Shown in pieces: positions 28,206-38,544 of a stretch of DNA of 64,000 nucleotides. This DNA comes from a virus. Its lineage: Duplodnaviria; Caudoviricetes. The stretch covers positions 1 to 64,000 of the IMG/VR virus record IMGVR_UViG_3300012983_000038. One strand, given 5' to 3'. How positions within the stretch are numbered: position 1 is the stretch's first letter; each line of letters begins with the position of its first letter. The translations under genes were made by a program, and so were the position numbers. The notes beneath the pieces are model-generated. The model saw nothing but the letters and a program-made list of their open reading frames with translations. It was not told the origin of the DNA and ran no database searches.

Positions 28206-29204
28206 ATGATTATTCTTAAAAAAGAATTACGTTATTCTCAGGATAGTGATAGTGTTGAGAAGAAAAAGGATAATAAAAAACTTTTAGCTAGTGCAATAAT
28301 TCCTGTCACTGCAGGTTTGGCAATTAATACTGCTGGGGCAGGTTTAGTCTATAATGCTTCAAAAAAAGATAAGGAATTTGAGAAAAAAATCTCAAGTGAG
28401 CTGGCAAATAAGTTCAAAAAACAAGGAGGAATATTAATATCTAATAAAGAAGGATTAGATGGTGCAACTTCGACTGAACTATTTCTTAGTCCATATAAAA
28501 AAGCGGGAATTAAGTCTAAGGAAGACTTGAAAAAGCTGTCTAGTATCTTAAATAAGTACAAATCTAATGGATCAGAAAAAGATCTAAAAGAGAGCATTGA
28601 AAAATTAGTAAATTATGATAAGTCCAAAACTAAAAAACTATGTAATGAAACTAAGAAGTTAAAAAAAGGCGGCGCGATTGAAATCGTATCTTCTGCTGCT
28701 AAAGGAAAGGCAGTTCCTATAGTAACTATAGATAAAGGAAAAGAAACTTCATCTATACTAGCACATGAATTAGGTCATGTTTATTATCATAACGAAGGGA
28801 AGAACAGTTTAGTTGGACTAGCTCACAAGCTTTATAAACCAGAAAATGCATTGAAAAGCAGGTTAGGAGTACTGACAGGGCTCTCTACTGGAATAAAGGC
28901 TGGTAGATCGGATGAGGAGGAGAGTAAATTGAATAAGTATTCTGGGGCACTAGTATCGTTAGCAACAGATGCACCTATGTTAGGAGCAGAGTACGGAGCT
29001 AATATAAGAGGAAATAAAATACTCAATGATGCAGTAAAGAAATACGGATCGAAGGCCGCAGGTAGAGTAACAAAGGTTCCATTTTTAGGATCTGCCGCAG
29101 GTTATACTGGTATTGCCGGGCTTAATGCAGGAATATCACAAGGAGCACATATATTAGGAAAGAAAATAGGAAAGAAGATTAAGGAGAAGGAAGAGGGCAA
29201 GTAA
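28206..29204 (+). CDS. putative cargo membrane-associated HExxH zinc metalloprotease
   Basis: MIILKKELRYS; hydrophobic helices; SILAHELGH...AEYGAN. Confidence 0.75.
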   Translation: MIILKKELRYSQDSDSVEKKKDNKKLLASAIIPVTAGLAINTAGAGLVYNASKKDKEFEKKISSELANKFKKQGGILISNKEGLDGATSTELFLSPYKKAGIKSKEDLKKLSSILNKYKSNGSEKDLKESIEKLVNYDKSKTKKLCNETKKLKKGGAIEIVSSAAKGKAVPIVTIDKGKETSSILAHELGHVYYHNEGKNSLVGLAHKLYKPENALKSRLGVLTGLSTGIKAGRSDEEESKLNKYSGALVSLATDAPMLGAEYGANIRGNKILNDAVKKYGSKAAGRVTKVPFLGSAAGYTGIAGLNAGISQGAHILGKKIGKKIKEKEEGK

Positions 29205-29307
29205 TATTAAGTAGAGTATACTTAAAAAAAACAGAAGAAAGTTATTTCAAGAACCTCAGTAGTCTGTTTGTAAAGTAAATAAGTAAGTAGTTAAGAGGAG
29301 TTTTAAA

Positions 29308-30384
29308 ATGAAAAATAGTATTATATATAGAGGTATTCTGTTAGAAAGTATATGTAGATATTATGAAGTTAAGAAAGGAAGAGTATGTTCTATTTCTGAA
29401 GACAAGACTACTTCGACACTTACTTTAACTTATACTGAAGGCTGTACATCAAAAGTTTTATCGGAATTACTAGGCATAAAACAATTTGGGAAGAGCATGC
29501 CAATGGAGCCTACTAATAAACCTGTAAAATTTAATAATTCAGTTTTAACAATAAATGGGTTACGTCTGAAGAAATTATCGGCAGATCCACATATAGTACA
29601 TATAGTGATAGTAAATGACAGTGAGTCTAGAGTAGTTCAGACATATGATAGTACTACTATTGTTGTTTCAGAGGAGAATAGATCTGATCAGTCATTTATT
29701 GATCATATATTTTACTCAGGAAATTTAATGTACTTACAGCCAATTGGACCTAAGCCGCAGTGTTGGGAGTTCTTTAATTTCCCAAGAATTATAATAAAGG
29801 ATAGTGACCTGAACATTACCTCTGATAACAATGAAGTATTTACACTTAGAAGGAGGTACGATGATTACGTAATAAGATCTATAGATTATCAGGATCAGTT
29901 TATATCGGAGATTAGAAGATTGTTGAGTGATTATGGAGTAGAGTTAGTAAGACAGAATAAAGAGGCTACATTAAAAACCACTTCATATGTTACTTATCAA
30001 TTTAATCAGACTCCGAATAAAGCACATCATGTAGGTAGAGATGAGTATGAAAGCAGGCAAATAGATCAGAGAATACCAGTAGAGTTTGTACTTAGAACGA
30101 CTGATATGAAACTGTTCTTCGACTTTAAAAATAGGTACAATAACGTAGATTTGCTGACTAATTTTTGTGAGTTTAGGGTAATGGATAAGTATGGAAATAA
30201 TTGGTCAGCTGCGGTAAGATGGGGATCTATTACAGAAGAATTTAATCACTTGTATCAATCAGATGACAATTCAAATTTTTCCTATCAATGTCAGTTTAGA
30301 TGTGAGCTTTGGTACACAGAATGTCTAGATGATAGGTATAAGTTCTTAGAGGATATAATAAACAATATATCTACTTTAGAATAA
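29308..30384 (+). CDS. virion structural protein, possibly tail terminator/completion (gp15-like C-terminal half)
   Basis: Position in the head-tail region; beta-rich C-terminal domain; function inferred only. Confidence 0.4.
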   Translation: MKNSIIYRGILLESICRYYEVKKGRVCSISEDKTTSTLTLTYTEGCTSKVLSELLGIKQFGKSMPMEPTNKPVKFNNSVLTINGLRLKKLSADPHIVHIVIVNDSESRVVQTYDSTTIVVSEENRSDQSFIDHIFYSGNLMYLQPIGPKPQCWEFFNFPRIIIKDSDLNITSDNNEVFTLRRRYDDYVIRSIDYQDQFISEIRRLLSDYGVELVRQNKEATLKTTSYVTYQFNQTPNKAHHVGRDEYESRQIDQRIPVEFVLRTTDMKLFFDFKNRYNNVDLLTNFCEFRVMDKYGNNWSAAVRWGSITEEFNHLYQSDDNSNFSYQCQFRCELWYTECLDDRYKFLEDIINNISTLE

Positions 30385-30414
30385 TATATAAGTATAAATA
30401 ATTAATTTAGATCG

Positions 30415-30822
30415 ATGATATCATTTAGAAAAAAATCCACGAAGGAAGAGGATTTAATGCCAGAAGCTATTAAATACCTAACTGAAACAGAGGGGAAAGG
30501 TTTCAATATAATAACACCGGATAAAGCAGAGGAAGTATCAAGAAAGAATTCCAAAGCTATGGTACTTGTGTCATTTGTGAAGAACGATGACGGAAAGTAT
30601 CAGATTCAAGTAAAAGATAAAGAGCTTTATAGATATACGAGAAAATTGTTAGAGCAATATTTTAGAATGGAAATTGTAGACGTAGACTCAACTAATAGAG
30701 TTATAACAGCTACATGTAATAAACTAGGAATAGCTCTTTCAATCATAGACGTACTACGAGAGAAGTATGATTTTTCTGTAGTAGTAAGTAAAAAGGATTA
30801 TTTAATTTATAAAAATAGATGA
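30415..30822 (+). CDS. hypothetical protein (MISFRKK start)
   Basis: Coupled ORF with a cargo-like leader. Confidence 0.75.
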   Translation: MISFRKKSTKEEDLMPEAIKYLTETEGKGFNIITPDKAEEVSRKNSKAMVLVSFVKNDDGKYQIQVKDKELYRYTRKLLEQYFRMEIVDVDSTNRVITATCNKLGIALSIIDVLREKYDFSVVVSKKDYLIYKNR

Positions 30823-31397
30823 TAGAGTTTAGACAAAAATCTTTTACTGAATGTGAAGCAATGAGGAGTTTATTTGTTGAACTATGTAAAAGAGGGGGTG
30901 ATAGACAAAAATGGAAAATTATAGATAAGACGTCTCTATTGCCTATCTTAAAAGGGAATAACGTAGTAATAGAGAGATTTGTTATTTCTACTTCATTGTT
31001 TAGCAGAGATAAGTATAGAATGTATCTTAAAATAGGTGCAAAAGCCAAGATGCCTGATGAAGTTAGATTACCTCAGCAAGTTTATGATAAAAGTTTAGGT
31101 AATGTGTATGTAAAGCTATCTACTGGATCAACTAAATTCCCCAAAGACTTTAATAACTTTGATAATAATAATGGTGAGAAAAATAAAAAAAATAAAGAAA
31201 ATAGTGAATTTTTCAGAGCCAGTTACGACCCTCGATTAGATATCAAGTACGAAGTTAGTGAACTTTTAGGAGATGCTATTAAATACAGTAAAAAAGAGCG
31301 TTCATTGGTATTGGAATTTTCATCCATTGGAAAAGCTATTGATGCACTGAATATTCTCCCTTTTGGAATTGACTATAATATTTACTTATTAGTATAG
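30819..31397 (+). CDS. putative head-cargo protein
   Basis: MIEFRQKSFT. Confidence 0.8.
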   Translation: MIEFRQKSFTECEAMRSLFVELCKRGGDRQKWKIIDKTSLLPILKGNNVVIERFVISTSLFSRDKYRMYLKIGAKAKMPDEVRLPQQVYDKSLGNVYVKLSTGSTKFPKDFNNFDNNNGEKNKKNKENSEFFRASYDPRLDIKYEVSELLGDAIKYSKKERSLVLEFSSIGKAIDALNILPFGIDYNIYLLV

Positions 31398-31398
31398 T

Positions 31399-31620
31399 AT
31401 GATAATAGTATTAAGAAAGAACTTCACTAATATCCTGAATACTAACGGAGTTGCAGGATTTATAAGGGGCAGAAAGTATGATATGGATATGGATAGGTTA
31501 GGAAGAGGTGAATACAAGAGGCAATTAGGCTCTGCCAGCTTAGAGTTGTCAAGAGAAATGCGGAATTTAAATAAAGAGTTAAATAACGGATTAATGGGAA
31601 AATGGCAAGATACAGATTAA
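31399..31620 (+). CDS. small putative head-cargo protein
   Basis: MIIVLRKNFT. Confidence 0.75.
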   Translation: MIIVLRKNFTNILNTNGVAGFIRGRKYDMDMDRLGRGEYKRQLGSASLELSREMRNLNKELNNGLMGKWQDTD

Positions 31621-31928
31621 AAAGAAAAACGTTCGGAGTAATGGATGGCATTACTAATGGCGTAAGTAATTTAGCAGGAAATACTTTGAGTGCAGTTGGA
31701 GGTGCTATAAACTCTACGCCAGCGGCAATTGCAGGAGGACTGATAGGTGGATCTACTTTAGGATCTACTATAGGAACTGCCCTTACTGGAATGGGAGGTG
31801 TAGGAGGATCACTTGCCGGAGCACTTAGTGGCCCTGTCGGCTGGTTAATTGGAGCAGGATTAGGTGCCGCAGCAGTTAGGGGTCTTGGTAAGGGACTTAA
31901 AGAAATGGGGCAAGATATAAAATATTAA
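31602..31928 (+). CDS. glycine-zipper cargo protein
   Basis: MARYRLKRKTFG; long GxxxG array. Confidence 0.85.
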   Translation: MARYRLKRKTFGVMDGITNGVSNLAGNTLSAVGGAINSTPAAIAGGLIGGSTLGSTIGTALTGMGGVGGSLAGALSGPVGWLIGAGLGAAAVRGLGKGLKEMGQDIKY

Positions 31929-31941
31929 ACTTGAGAATACT

Positions 31942-33087
31942 ATGATTAAGTTCAGACAGAAGATATTCTTTGCCCCCCTTGCTGCCATAGGCGGAGGAAG
32001 TGCTATTATGGGTGCGTTTAATATAGGATCAACTGCAATAGGTGTAGGCGGCATGGTACAGGCTCATAATCAAGGAAAGCAGCAAGAGGAAATGAATGAT
32101 CAGAATCTTAAGATGCAGGAGCGCCAAGCTAAGCAAATGGAAGAGCAAATGAAGGCACAAAATAAAGCTCTGCAGGCTATTGCTGACAATGCTGCTAAGA
32201 ATCCGTATGCAGCGCAGCAAACTTTAGATATCATGAGTATGAAAAGTTACAGTAATAATGCTATGAGAAGGAATAGTAAAGGAGTCAGATTAAAACTGTT
32301 CGGTGTTCCTTATAAAAACTATTTATCTGCAGCTAAAGAGGTAGGTAATATTCTATTTAAAAATTATAAAGGAACATTTACTGATATGGCGCTCATGGGA
32401 GTAGGTACTGTAGGAGGATCTTACTTAGTAGATAGATATATTCAAAGTGATAAAGCTAAGAAAAACGATGCAGTAGTAGGTACTAGAGCATGGGAGAAGC
32501 AGCAAAGAGCTAGACAATCGTCTTATTCAGAAACTAAGACTAAGGAGATAGGTGGAAGCGGAGCTCTAAAAAAATATGGAGGATCGGTATTAGGAGGCGC
32601 TGCATTTTCTGTATTTCCGCTGATATCTTATAAAATTAGTGAAGGTTCTAAAAAGAATCAGGTAAATTCTACAAATGCTTCTCACTATGAAACTCCACAT
32701 AATTCTGTAACATTAGGGCAGAAAGCTTATGCTGCACCTGCTTCAAAAGGATTTTTTGGTAATTTGTCCAATATGTGGGGAAATTTCAAGAAACACCCTG
32801 GACAAAGTGTATTAGGTTTTATAAATCAATTAAATATGGGTGGAGGACATAAGAAATCTTTTGAAGTAGCAAAACAGTTTCAAAACTCAAATAATAAGCT
32901 AGTCAAGCAGGCAGGTGACTGGCTACAGAAGCATCCAAAAACACTAATCGCAGCAACAACTGTTCCTGCCGCAATAGCTATGAGTGGAGGTATGAGTTTA
33001 GGAGAGAAGCCAACTAAGGCGATTTTAAGAAGTGTCGATCGAGATGCCTTTGCATACGAAAGATCACAAGAACAATTAGTTAATTAA
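31942..33087 (+). CDS. multi-segment glycine-rich cargo protein (possible polyprotein)
   Basis: MIKFRQKIFF; internal KSYS, KLFG and KAYA sites separate hydrophobic helices. Confidence 0.8.
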   Translation: MIKFRQKIFFAPLAAIGGGSAIMGAFNIGSTAIGVGGMVQAHNQGKQQEEMNDQNLKMQERQAKQMEEQMKAQNKALQAIADNAAKNPYAAQQTLDIMSMKSYSNNAMRRNSKGVRLKLFGVPYKNYLSAAKEVGNILFKNYKGTFTDMALMGVGTVGGSYLVDRYIQSDKAKKNDAVVGTRAWEKQQRARQSSYSETKTKEIGGSGALKKYGGSVLGGAAFSVFPLISYKISEGSKKNQVNSTNASHYETPHNSVTLGQKAYAAPASKGFFGNLSNMWGNFKKHPGQSVLGFINQLNMGGGHKKSFEVAKQFQNSNNKLVKQAGDWLQKHPKTLIAATTVPAAIAMSGGMSLGEKPTKAILRSVDRDAFAYERSQEQLVN

Positions 33088-33104
33088 ATTAAATTTTATA
33101 AGTA

Positions 33105-33548
33105 ATGAGTACATTCGTATTGAAAAGAAAAAGCTATACTGTATATGACAGAACAGATGCTTTGAAGAAAATGAAAGATTCTGACGTGTTAGCAGAGAGA
33201 GAGCAGAAGAAAGTTGGTTATGGGGATGCACTAGGCTCTGCTGCAGGAGGCGCTCTAATTGGTGCAGGAATTGGTGCAGGAGGATATGCACTTACTAAAG
33301 GTATCACTGGAGGTTTTGGCAATCTAGCGAAAAATGTATCTGCAGGAGGATTTAAAACTATTGGAGGTATTGGAGCAGGAGTAGGTGCACTTGCAGCAGG
33401 AATTAGTGCATTAAGGAGAAGAAGCAAGAAGAATGAAGATGTAGAGTTCTATAATGATAGATTGCAATATGCACAGAGACAAGCAAGGCGTAGAGAGCAT
33501 CACGACTGGAAATCTAACATGACTCAAAGAGAAGGATACTCTTTTTAA
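33105..33548 (+). CDS. glycine-zipper cargo protein
   Basis: MSTFVLKRKSYT; GSAAGGALIGAGIGAGG and GGIGAGVGALAAG. Confidence 0.85.
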   Translation: MSTFVLKRKSYTVYDRTDALKKMKDSDVLAEREQKKVGYGDALGSAAGGALIGAGIGAGGYALTKGITGGFGNLAKNVSAGGFKTIGGIGAGVGALAAGISALRRRSKKNEDVEFYNDRLQYAQRQARRREHHDWKSNMTQREGYSF

Positions 33549-33560
33549 TTCTAAAAAATT

Positions 33561-34295
33561 ATGATTAAATTTTTCGAAAACAGATTTTCTATAGAAGACG
33601 GAGGATATTCAGGTAACAAAAGAAAGGTAAAGTCTGGAGGTTATGGAAAAGCAATGCTCTTAGGTGGTGGCACTGGTGCAGGAATAGGTGCACTTGCTGG
33701 ATTAGGAACACCAACAACAGGAGTTTCAGCACTAATAGGAGGAGGTATTGGAGCAGGATTAGGAGCATGGTTTAATTGGCTAGCTAATATAGCAGATAAG
33801 TCCGAGTTTAATACCAGTGCAGCACGTTCTTGCAGTTCTTATAAAATTATTCAAGCTATTGAAGATGAGTATTCTAACGATGACCCTGACCTGAGCGAGA
33901 ATACTGTTACTACTTCGACAGTATCCTCAAAAGGCAATGTTGTAACTTCTTCTAGTAGAGTATTGAATAAGAAGAAAGATAATATCTCTCCTAAAGGCTT
34001 ACTTTATACTATAGATGAGAATCCTAGAAAGCACTTAATTAGTATGATGTTGCAAGGTAATGTACTAGTTATTTACTTAAATGAGCTAAATAAAAGGGAG
34101 TTATCTATTGTAAATGAAATATTAGATGATTATTGTTTTTCTTATAGGAATGCTGACTATTCTTCACAACAATGCGGAAAAAATAGTTATGTAATTGATC
34201 TTAAAATATTAGATAACTTAGAGGCAATAGTACCGCTTACATTGATGGAAAGTGGACTTAAAATAAATATATTAACTAGTAGGTCTAGGAAATAA
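33561..34295 (+). CDS. glycine-zipper cargo protein, paralog of 34369 and 38863
   Basis: MIKFFENRFS; GGGTGAGIGALAGLG...GGGIGAGLG; shared C-terminal domain. Confidence 0.85.
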   Translation: MIKFFENRFSIEDGGYSGNKRKVKSGGYGKAMLLGGGTGAGIGALAGLGTPTTGVSALIGGGIGAGLGAWFNWLANIADKSEFNTSAARSCSSYKIIQAIEDEYSNDDPDLSENTVTTSTVSSKGNVVTSSSRVLNKKKDNISPKGLLYTIDENPRKHLISMMLQGNVLVIYLNELNKRELSIVNEILDDYCFSYRNADYSSQQCGKNSYVIDLKILDNLEAIVPLTLMESGLKINILTSRSRK

Positions 34296-34368
34296 GCGAT
34301 GCTTTCTTGTTAATTAGCTCACTGCCTATCTAATTAATATATAATTAATAATGTACAATAAATGATTT

Positions 34369-35301
34369 ATGGTATATTTTAGACAAAAAAATTACGGAAG
34401 CACTCCCAGCAGTCTATTTGAATTTCTAAAAACTCCATCAGGGGCAATTTCCGCAACGGCATTAGGCGTCTCAACTGCTAACATGTCTAGTAATATAGTT
34501 AGACATAATACTGACAAAAAATATCAAACTAATCAGTTAAATGCGATAAGAAATTTATCACGATCATTAGATGCCGTTGATACATCTATTAATAGGTATG
34601 CTGCAGCTAAAGACATCTTAGAAGGTAGTTATGCTACTAATAAAGACTTAGATAAGCTCTTAAAAACTTTATATGATAGTAGAGGAGGTCGTAGAAAAGG
34701 AAAGAAAAAGAAGTTATTTAGTAGAAATGACTTTATCGGAAATGTATTTACAGGAAGTGGACTTGGAGCAAGTATAGGTGCTGCCGTAGGAAAGTTCCTG
34801 CCAAATAAAGTTACTACTACATGTGCAATAGGAGTAGGTACTTTAGTAGGGGCATCTCTAGGGCTAGTTTATTCTATCATAAAAGATATAAGTAGTAAAT
34901 TGAATATAGCAAGTACCGTAGATAATAGACTAATGAGGGGTATTATTGAGCAATTGAAAGGTATTGGACTAGTAGAAGGAAAAGATTTTACTAGAGACCC
35001 TAAAAAGGCTACGGAATTAAGAACGAAGGTCAGTATAGTAGTTAGTAGAGATTCTGGAGATTTGAGTTTAATAATTAATGCAGTCTCTGATGATAGGTTA
35101 AAGAAAACTTTAGACAGTATAATTAATTTACTTAAAAAATCTAGTGGAGTTTCTATAAAAAATAATGAAAAACTGTCTGATAGATACAATGATATTACAA
35201 TTACTACTGTAGAGAGCCCGACAAACGCTAAGCTAATTGCTGAAATAATTAAAGGATTAGTTAAAGAAGGGTACCCAGTTTATATACTAGAAGTAGGTTA
35301 A
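34369..35301 (+). CDS. two-part glycine-zipper cargo protein
   Basis: MVYFRQKNYG; internal KKLFS precedes GSGLGASIGAAVG...GVGTLVGASLG. Confidence 0.85.
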   Translation: MVYFRQKNYGSTPSSLFEFLKTPSGAISATALGVSTANMSSNIVRHNTDKKYQTNQLNAIRNLSRSLDAVDTSINRYAAAKDILEGSYATNKDLDKLLKTLYDSRGGRRKGKKKKLFSRNDFIGNVFTGSGLGASIGAAVGKFLPNKVTTTCAIGVGTLVGASLGLVYSIIKDISSKLNIASTVDNRLMRGIIEQLKGIGLVEGKDFTRDPKKATELRTKVSIVVSRDSGDLSLIINAVSDDRLKKTLDSIINLLKKSSGVSIKNNEKLSDRYNDITITTVESPTNAKLIAEIIKGLVKEGYPVYILEVG

Positions 35302-35325
35302 TTTTACTAATTAATAATTTTTGAA

Positions 35326-37716
35326 ATGGCACAATGGAAAGAAACGCAAGAACCATATATTAAAGTTCAAGAGCGTATTAGAACAGCATCCTTAAATCCT
35401 ACTGCTGGTGAGGATTTAATTATCGGAGTTACACTTATCTCTGATGCAGGTCCGTCTACTCCAACTCTAATCACTAGTCAGTCAGAGTTTGTAAAGACGT
35501 ATTCAGCTAATGGAGAAGTAACTCAAGAATATATAAACTCTCTTAATAAGTTTTATACAGGAGAGGGTGATTCAAATCTTGCATCTACTATGTGGCAAAA
35601 TGCATATAGATTAGCAGGATCAAATACCATGTTAGTCACTAGAGCACTAAAGTCAGAGGATACTTATTTTGCAAAGCCACTAACATCAAGTAACTCTAAT
35701 ACTTATGTAATGAGGGATGGAGAGTTGCTGAAGAAAATTGAAAGTGGATTTAAGCTCTCTATAGATGAAAATGGAGATAACGCTGAAAACTCTACTTCAA
35801 GTGATGGATGGCTAATTAATGTTAATGGTATTGGTATCTTTGGAAATAGAACCACTGATGAAGGTCCTCAATATGATTACTACGTAGATAATTTGATCGA
35901 CTTAGTTAAACAGTTGAATGAGACATCTAAATTCTACTCACCGAATTATGTTTTTTATGAAGACTTGGAATTGATTAAAGAGTGGATTGAAGGTGTTAGT
36001 GAAAATGGGCCTAAGTCAGTAGTATTCAATGAGGTTTATTTAGCTAACAATTTCTTGGATAAAAGTGATGATAGAACTATTAATTCCAAGGGTGAAAATG
36101 ATGGATACTTATACCTAGTTCCTGCTGAGATTGACAATACTACTAAAAATTCAGATCAAAAGGTCATCGATTTAAATAAGGATGCATATAGTGGAGGAAG
36201 TGAAGATTACGCTGAATTCTATGCACTTAACATTAATAACTCTACTTCTCCTTTAAAAGTTCGTATTCGTCGTTTTAATCACGATGCAGTTACGATCAAC
36301 AGTAGTGTAGTTAATGTAAAAGAGTTAACTGAGGGAGGACTATCACAATATAACGTCATTGAATCTGTACTTAAGACCTATTTAAAAGGCGGAGAGGAAG
36401 TGACAAATCCTAATATTCTTGAGAGAGACTTTTTTGAGGTAGCTATTCAAGACCCTATGATGAGTGAGTATGTATCTTTCTTTACTGTTGGAAATTTACC
36501 AGGAAGAGGAGATATTGCGTCAGAGGAGCTTAATGATTTGTTGACTATGATTCAATTAGAGCTTCCAGAGGATCTTCATGACTTGGGATTGAATTATTAT
36601 GGCTATGGTGGTGATGATAATAAATTCTATTTATTAGATAAAGGTGAAGTAGAGAAAAGTGATGGAAGTATTAATTCCAGTGTAAAAATTGCCGGTACTG
36701 CAGCAAATTTAGCATCTATTAAGAAGAATACTGATCTAAAAACTGGAGATATTTATAAAGTAGGTACAGAAACTTCATATGACTATTATAAATATGGAAG
36801 CAATGGTATTACTCAAATATATGCAGATCTTTCAATAGATAGTAGCAAGACTTCAATTATTTCTGTAGATGATTCTGATTTAACTAGTGCATTAGATAAG
36901 ATAGTATTGGATGAGGTTTATATTACAGAAGGACTTAGCGACTTAGGTAATACGAATCCAGCTTTTCAGAATTATATGGCTACTATTGCAAAGAACGAGA
37001 ATTATTTCTATCCAGTATCTACAATTAACAGTACTAATTACATGGTTATTGGAAATTCAGCAAGTAAGATTTCTATTGATTCTTATAAGCTGTATATGTC
37101 TGCACCATGGGATATTGATACTAGCAGTTTTGGATGGAAGTATTATGCATCTCCTTCAGTACTTTATTGGGAAGCTGTTGCAAGAAATAGGTCAAATAAT
37201 GAAGAATTTAGATCTGTATTTGGACAAGGAGGAGGAGTAGTTCAATATCAAAATCCAGTAACAGAGTTTAATAAGAAGACTCGTCAATTGCTGTTAACTA
37301 AGAAGGTAAACACTGTAGTATGGAATAATCAGACATCTTCTTGGAATATGAATGATAACTATACTAAGCAAATTGAGAATACTATTATGAATGATGAAGC
37401 TAATTCTCGTTTAATGATTAGGATCTCAAAGGCTATTCCAGTTATTTTGAAGCAATTTATTGGAAGGAAGATTAGTGATGTATTATGTAACGATGTTCAC
37501 AATACTATCAACTATTTCTTCAAGACTACGATATTGCCAATGATTTATACTGTAGATGATTATAAGATTTTCTGTGAGTATGATGAAGTTTTGGCACGTC
37601 AGAATAAGATAAAAGTTAGAGTTGCTGTTAGGTATTCTCGTTCTTTGAAATACATTGAAGTTATTAATGATGCTTTTGATGTAGGAATGGATATTAGCGG
37701 CGAGGAAAATATTTAA
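35326..37716 (+). CDS. tail sheath protein
   Basis: PYIKVQE...GPSTPTLITSQSEFVKTY N-terminus; C-terminal NSRLMIRISKAI...NKIKVRVAVRYSRSLKYIEV typical of contractile sheaths. Confidence 0.9.
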   Translation: MAQWKETQEPYIKVQERIRTASLNPTAGEDLIIGVTLISDAGPSTPTLITSQSEFVKTYSANGEVTQEYINSLNKFYTGEGDSNLASTMWQNAYRLAGSNTMLVTRALKSEDTYFAKPLTSSNSNTYVMRDGELLKKIESGFKLSIDENGDNAENSTSSDGWLINVNGIGIFGNRTTDEGPQYDYYVDNLIDLVKQLNETSKFYSPNYVFYEDLELIKEWIEGVSENGPKSVVFNEVYLANNFLDKSDDRTINSKGENDGYLYLVPAEIDNTTKNSDQKVIDLNKDAYSGGSEDYAEFYALNINNSTSPLKVRIRRFNHDAVTINSSVVNVKELTEGGLSQYNVIESVLKTYLKGGEEVTNPNILERDFFEVAIQDPMMSEYVSFFTVGNLPGRGDIASEELNDLLTMIQLELPEDLHDLGLNYYGYGGDDNKFYLLDKGEVEKSDGSINSSVKIAGTAANLASIKKNTDLKTGDIYKVGTETSYDYYKYGSNGITQIYADLSIDSSKTSIISVDDSDLTSALDKIVLDEVYITEGLSDLGNTNPAFQNYMATIAKNENYFYPVSTINSTNYMVIGNSASKISIDSYKLYMSAPWDIDTSSFGWKYYASPSVLYWEAVARNRSNNEEFRSVFGQGGGVVQYQNPVTEFNKKTRQLLLTKKVNTVVWNNQTSSWNMNDNYTKQIENTIMNDEANSRLMIRISKAIPVILKQFIGRKISDVLCNDVHNTINYFFKTTILPMIYTVDDYKIFCEYDEVLARQNKIKVRVAVRYSRSLKYIEVINDAFDVGMDISGEENI

Positions 37717-37723
37717 AAAAGCA

Positions 37724-37785
37724 GGGTTAGTATAGAGAATTAACTTTTGAATATTATGGTTAAAAATCTATACTAACCTTTTTAT
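37724..37785 (+). terminator. long hairpin/terminator after the sheath gene
   Basis: GGTTAGTATAGA...TCTATACTAACC followed by a T-run. Confidence 0.65.
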
Positions 37786-37797
37786 TAGTTTTAGTTT

Positions 37798-38529
37798 ATG
37801 GAAAAGACATTGTTAGTAGACCTAAAGAAGAAGATGTTTATTAGAAGTGCGCTATTAGCATTGGATTCTCTAGATGAACTATTGAATATTAATGATTACT
37901 TGTCTCCTGATGAAATTTTATTGGAGATAATAAAAAAGGCATTACGTGAATATGAAAACACCTTGCCTTTAGTTTTAGATATGAATTTAAACAGGAATCA
38001 GATGGAGTCTTGTTCAGGTAAAGCTGGATACGGGGAGTTCAAATCTAATTTCACATTATATTTAAATTGTGCAATAGATGAGTCACAAATAGTATTAGTA
38101 CCTAGAAGTTGTCCCTTATGGAGATGTGCAGGTTCTTATCCATTAGCGGGATCATTTACTTACTTTAGTGATTATCAAGAGCCGTATGTATTTTTAGGAG
38201 ATTTACCGACACAGGATCAATTTTCAGTTAGAGCTCTGTGTGCAAGACCAATTATACCTGATTTCTTACCAGATAAATCATTCAATCCTGTTAGTGAAAA
38301 GGCTGCAGTATATTGGATGAACGTTGAAGAAGGAGCCAAAGGAAGTTATTTTTTAGACTTATGTATGGTTCACTTATTAGATTACTTGAGACAATTGAAA
38401 TCCTCTATCATGTTACACTCAATGCCAGTAGATGTAATGTCAAACTTAGATCCAGCATATCAAGAGTTAAGAGCTAGATGTGATCACTTTGCACTTCAAT
38501 CTGGTTGGGATGGACAATTATTGATTTAA
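37798..38529 (+). CDS. putative neck/head-tail adaptor (gp13-like)
   Basis: Size and position; helical N-terminus (EIIKKALREYE) and C-terminal helix; inferred. Confidence 0.5.
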   Translation: MEKTLLVDLKKKMFIRSALLALDSLDELLNINDYLSPDEILLEIIKKALREYENTLPLVLDMNLNRNQMESCSGKAGYGEFKSNFTLYLNCAIDESQIVLVPRSCPLWRCAGSYPLAGSFTYFSDYQEPYVFLGDLPTQDQFSVRALCARPIIPDFLPDKSFNPVSEKAAVYWMNVEEGAKGSYFLDLCMVHLLDYLRQLKSSIMLHSMPVDVMSNLDPAYQELRARCDHFALQSGWDGQLLI

Positions 38530-38544
38530 TAAAGAAAGCAGTAT

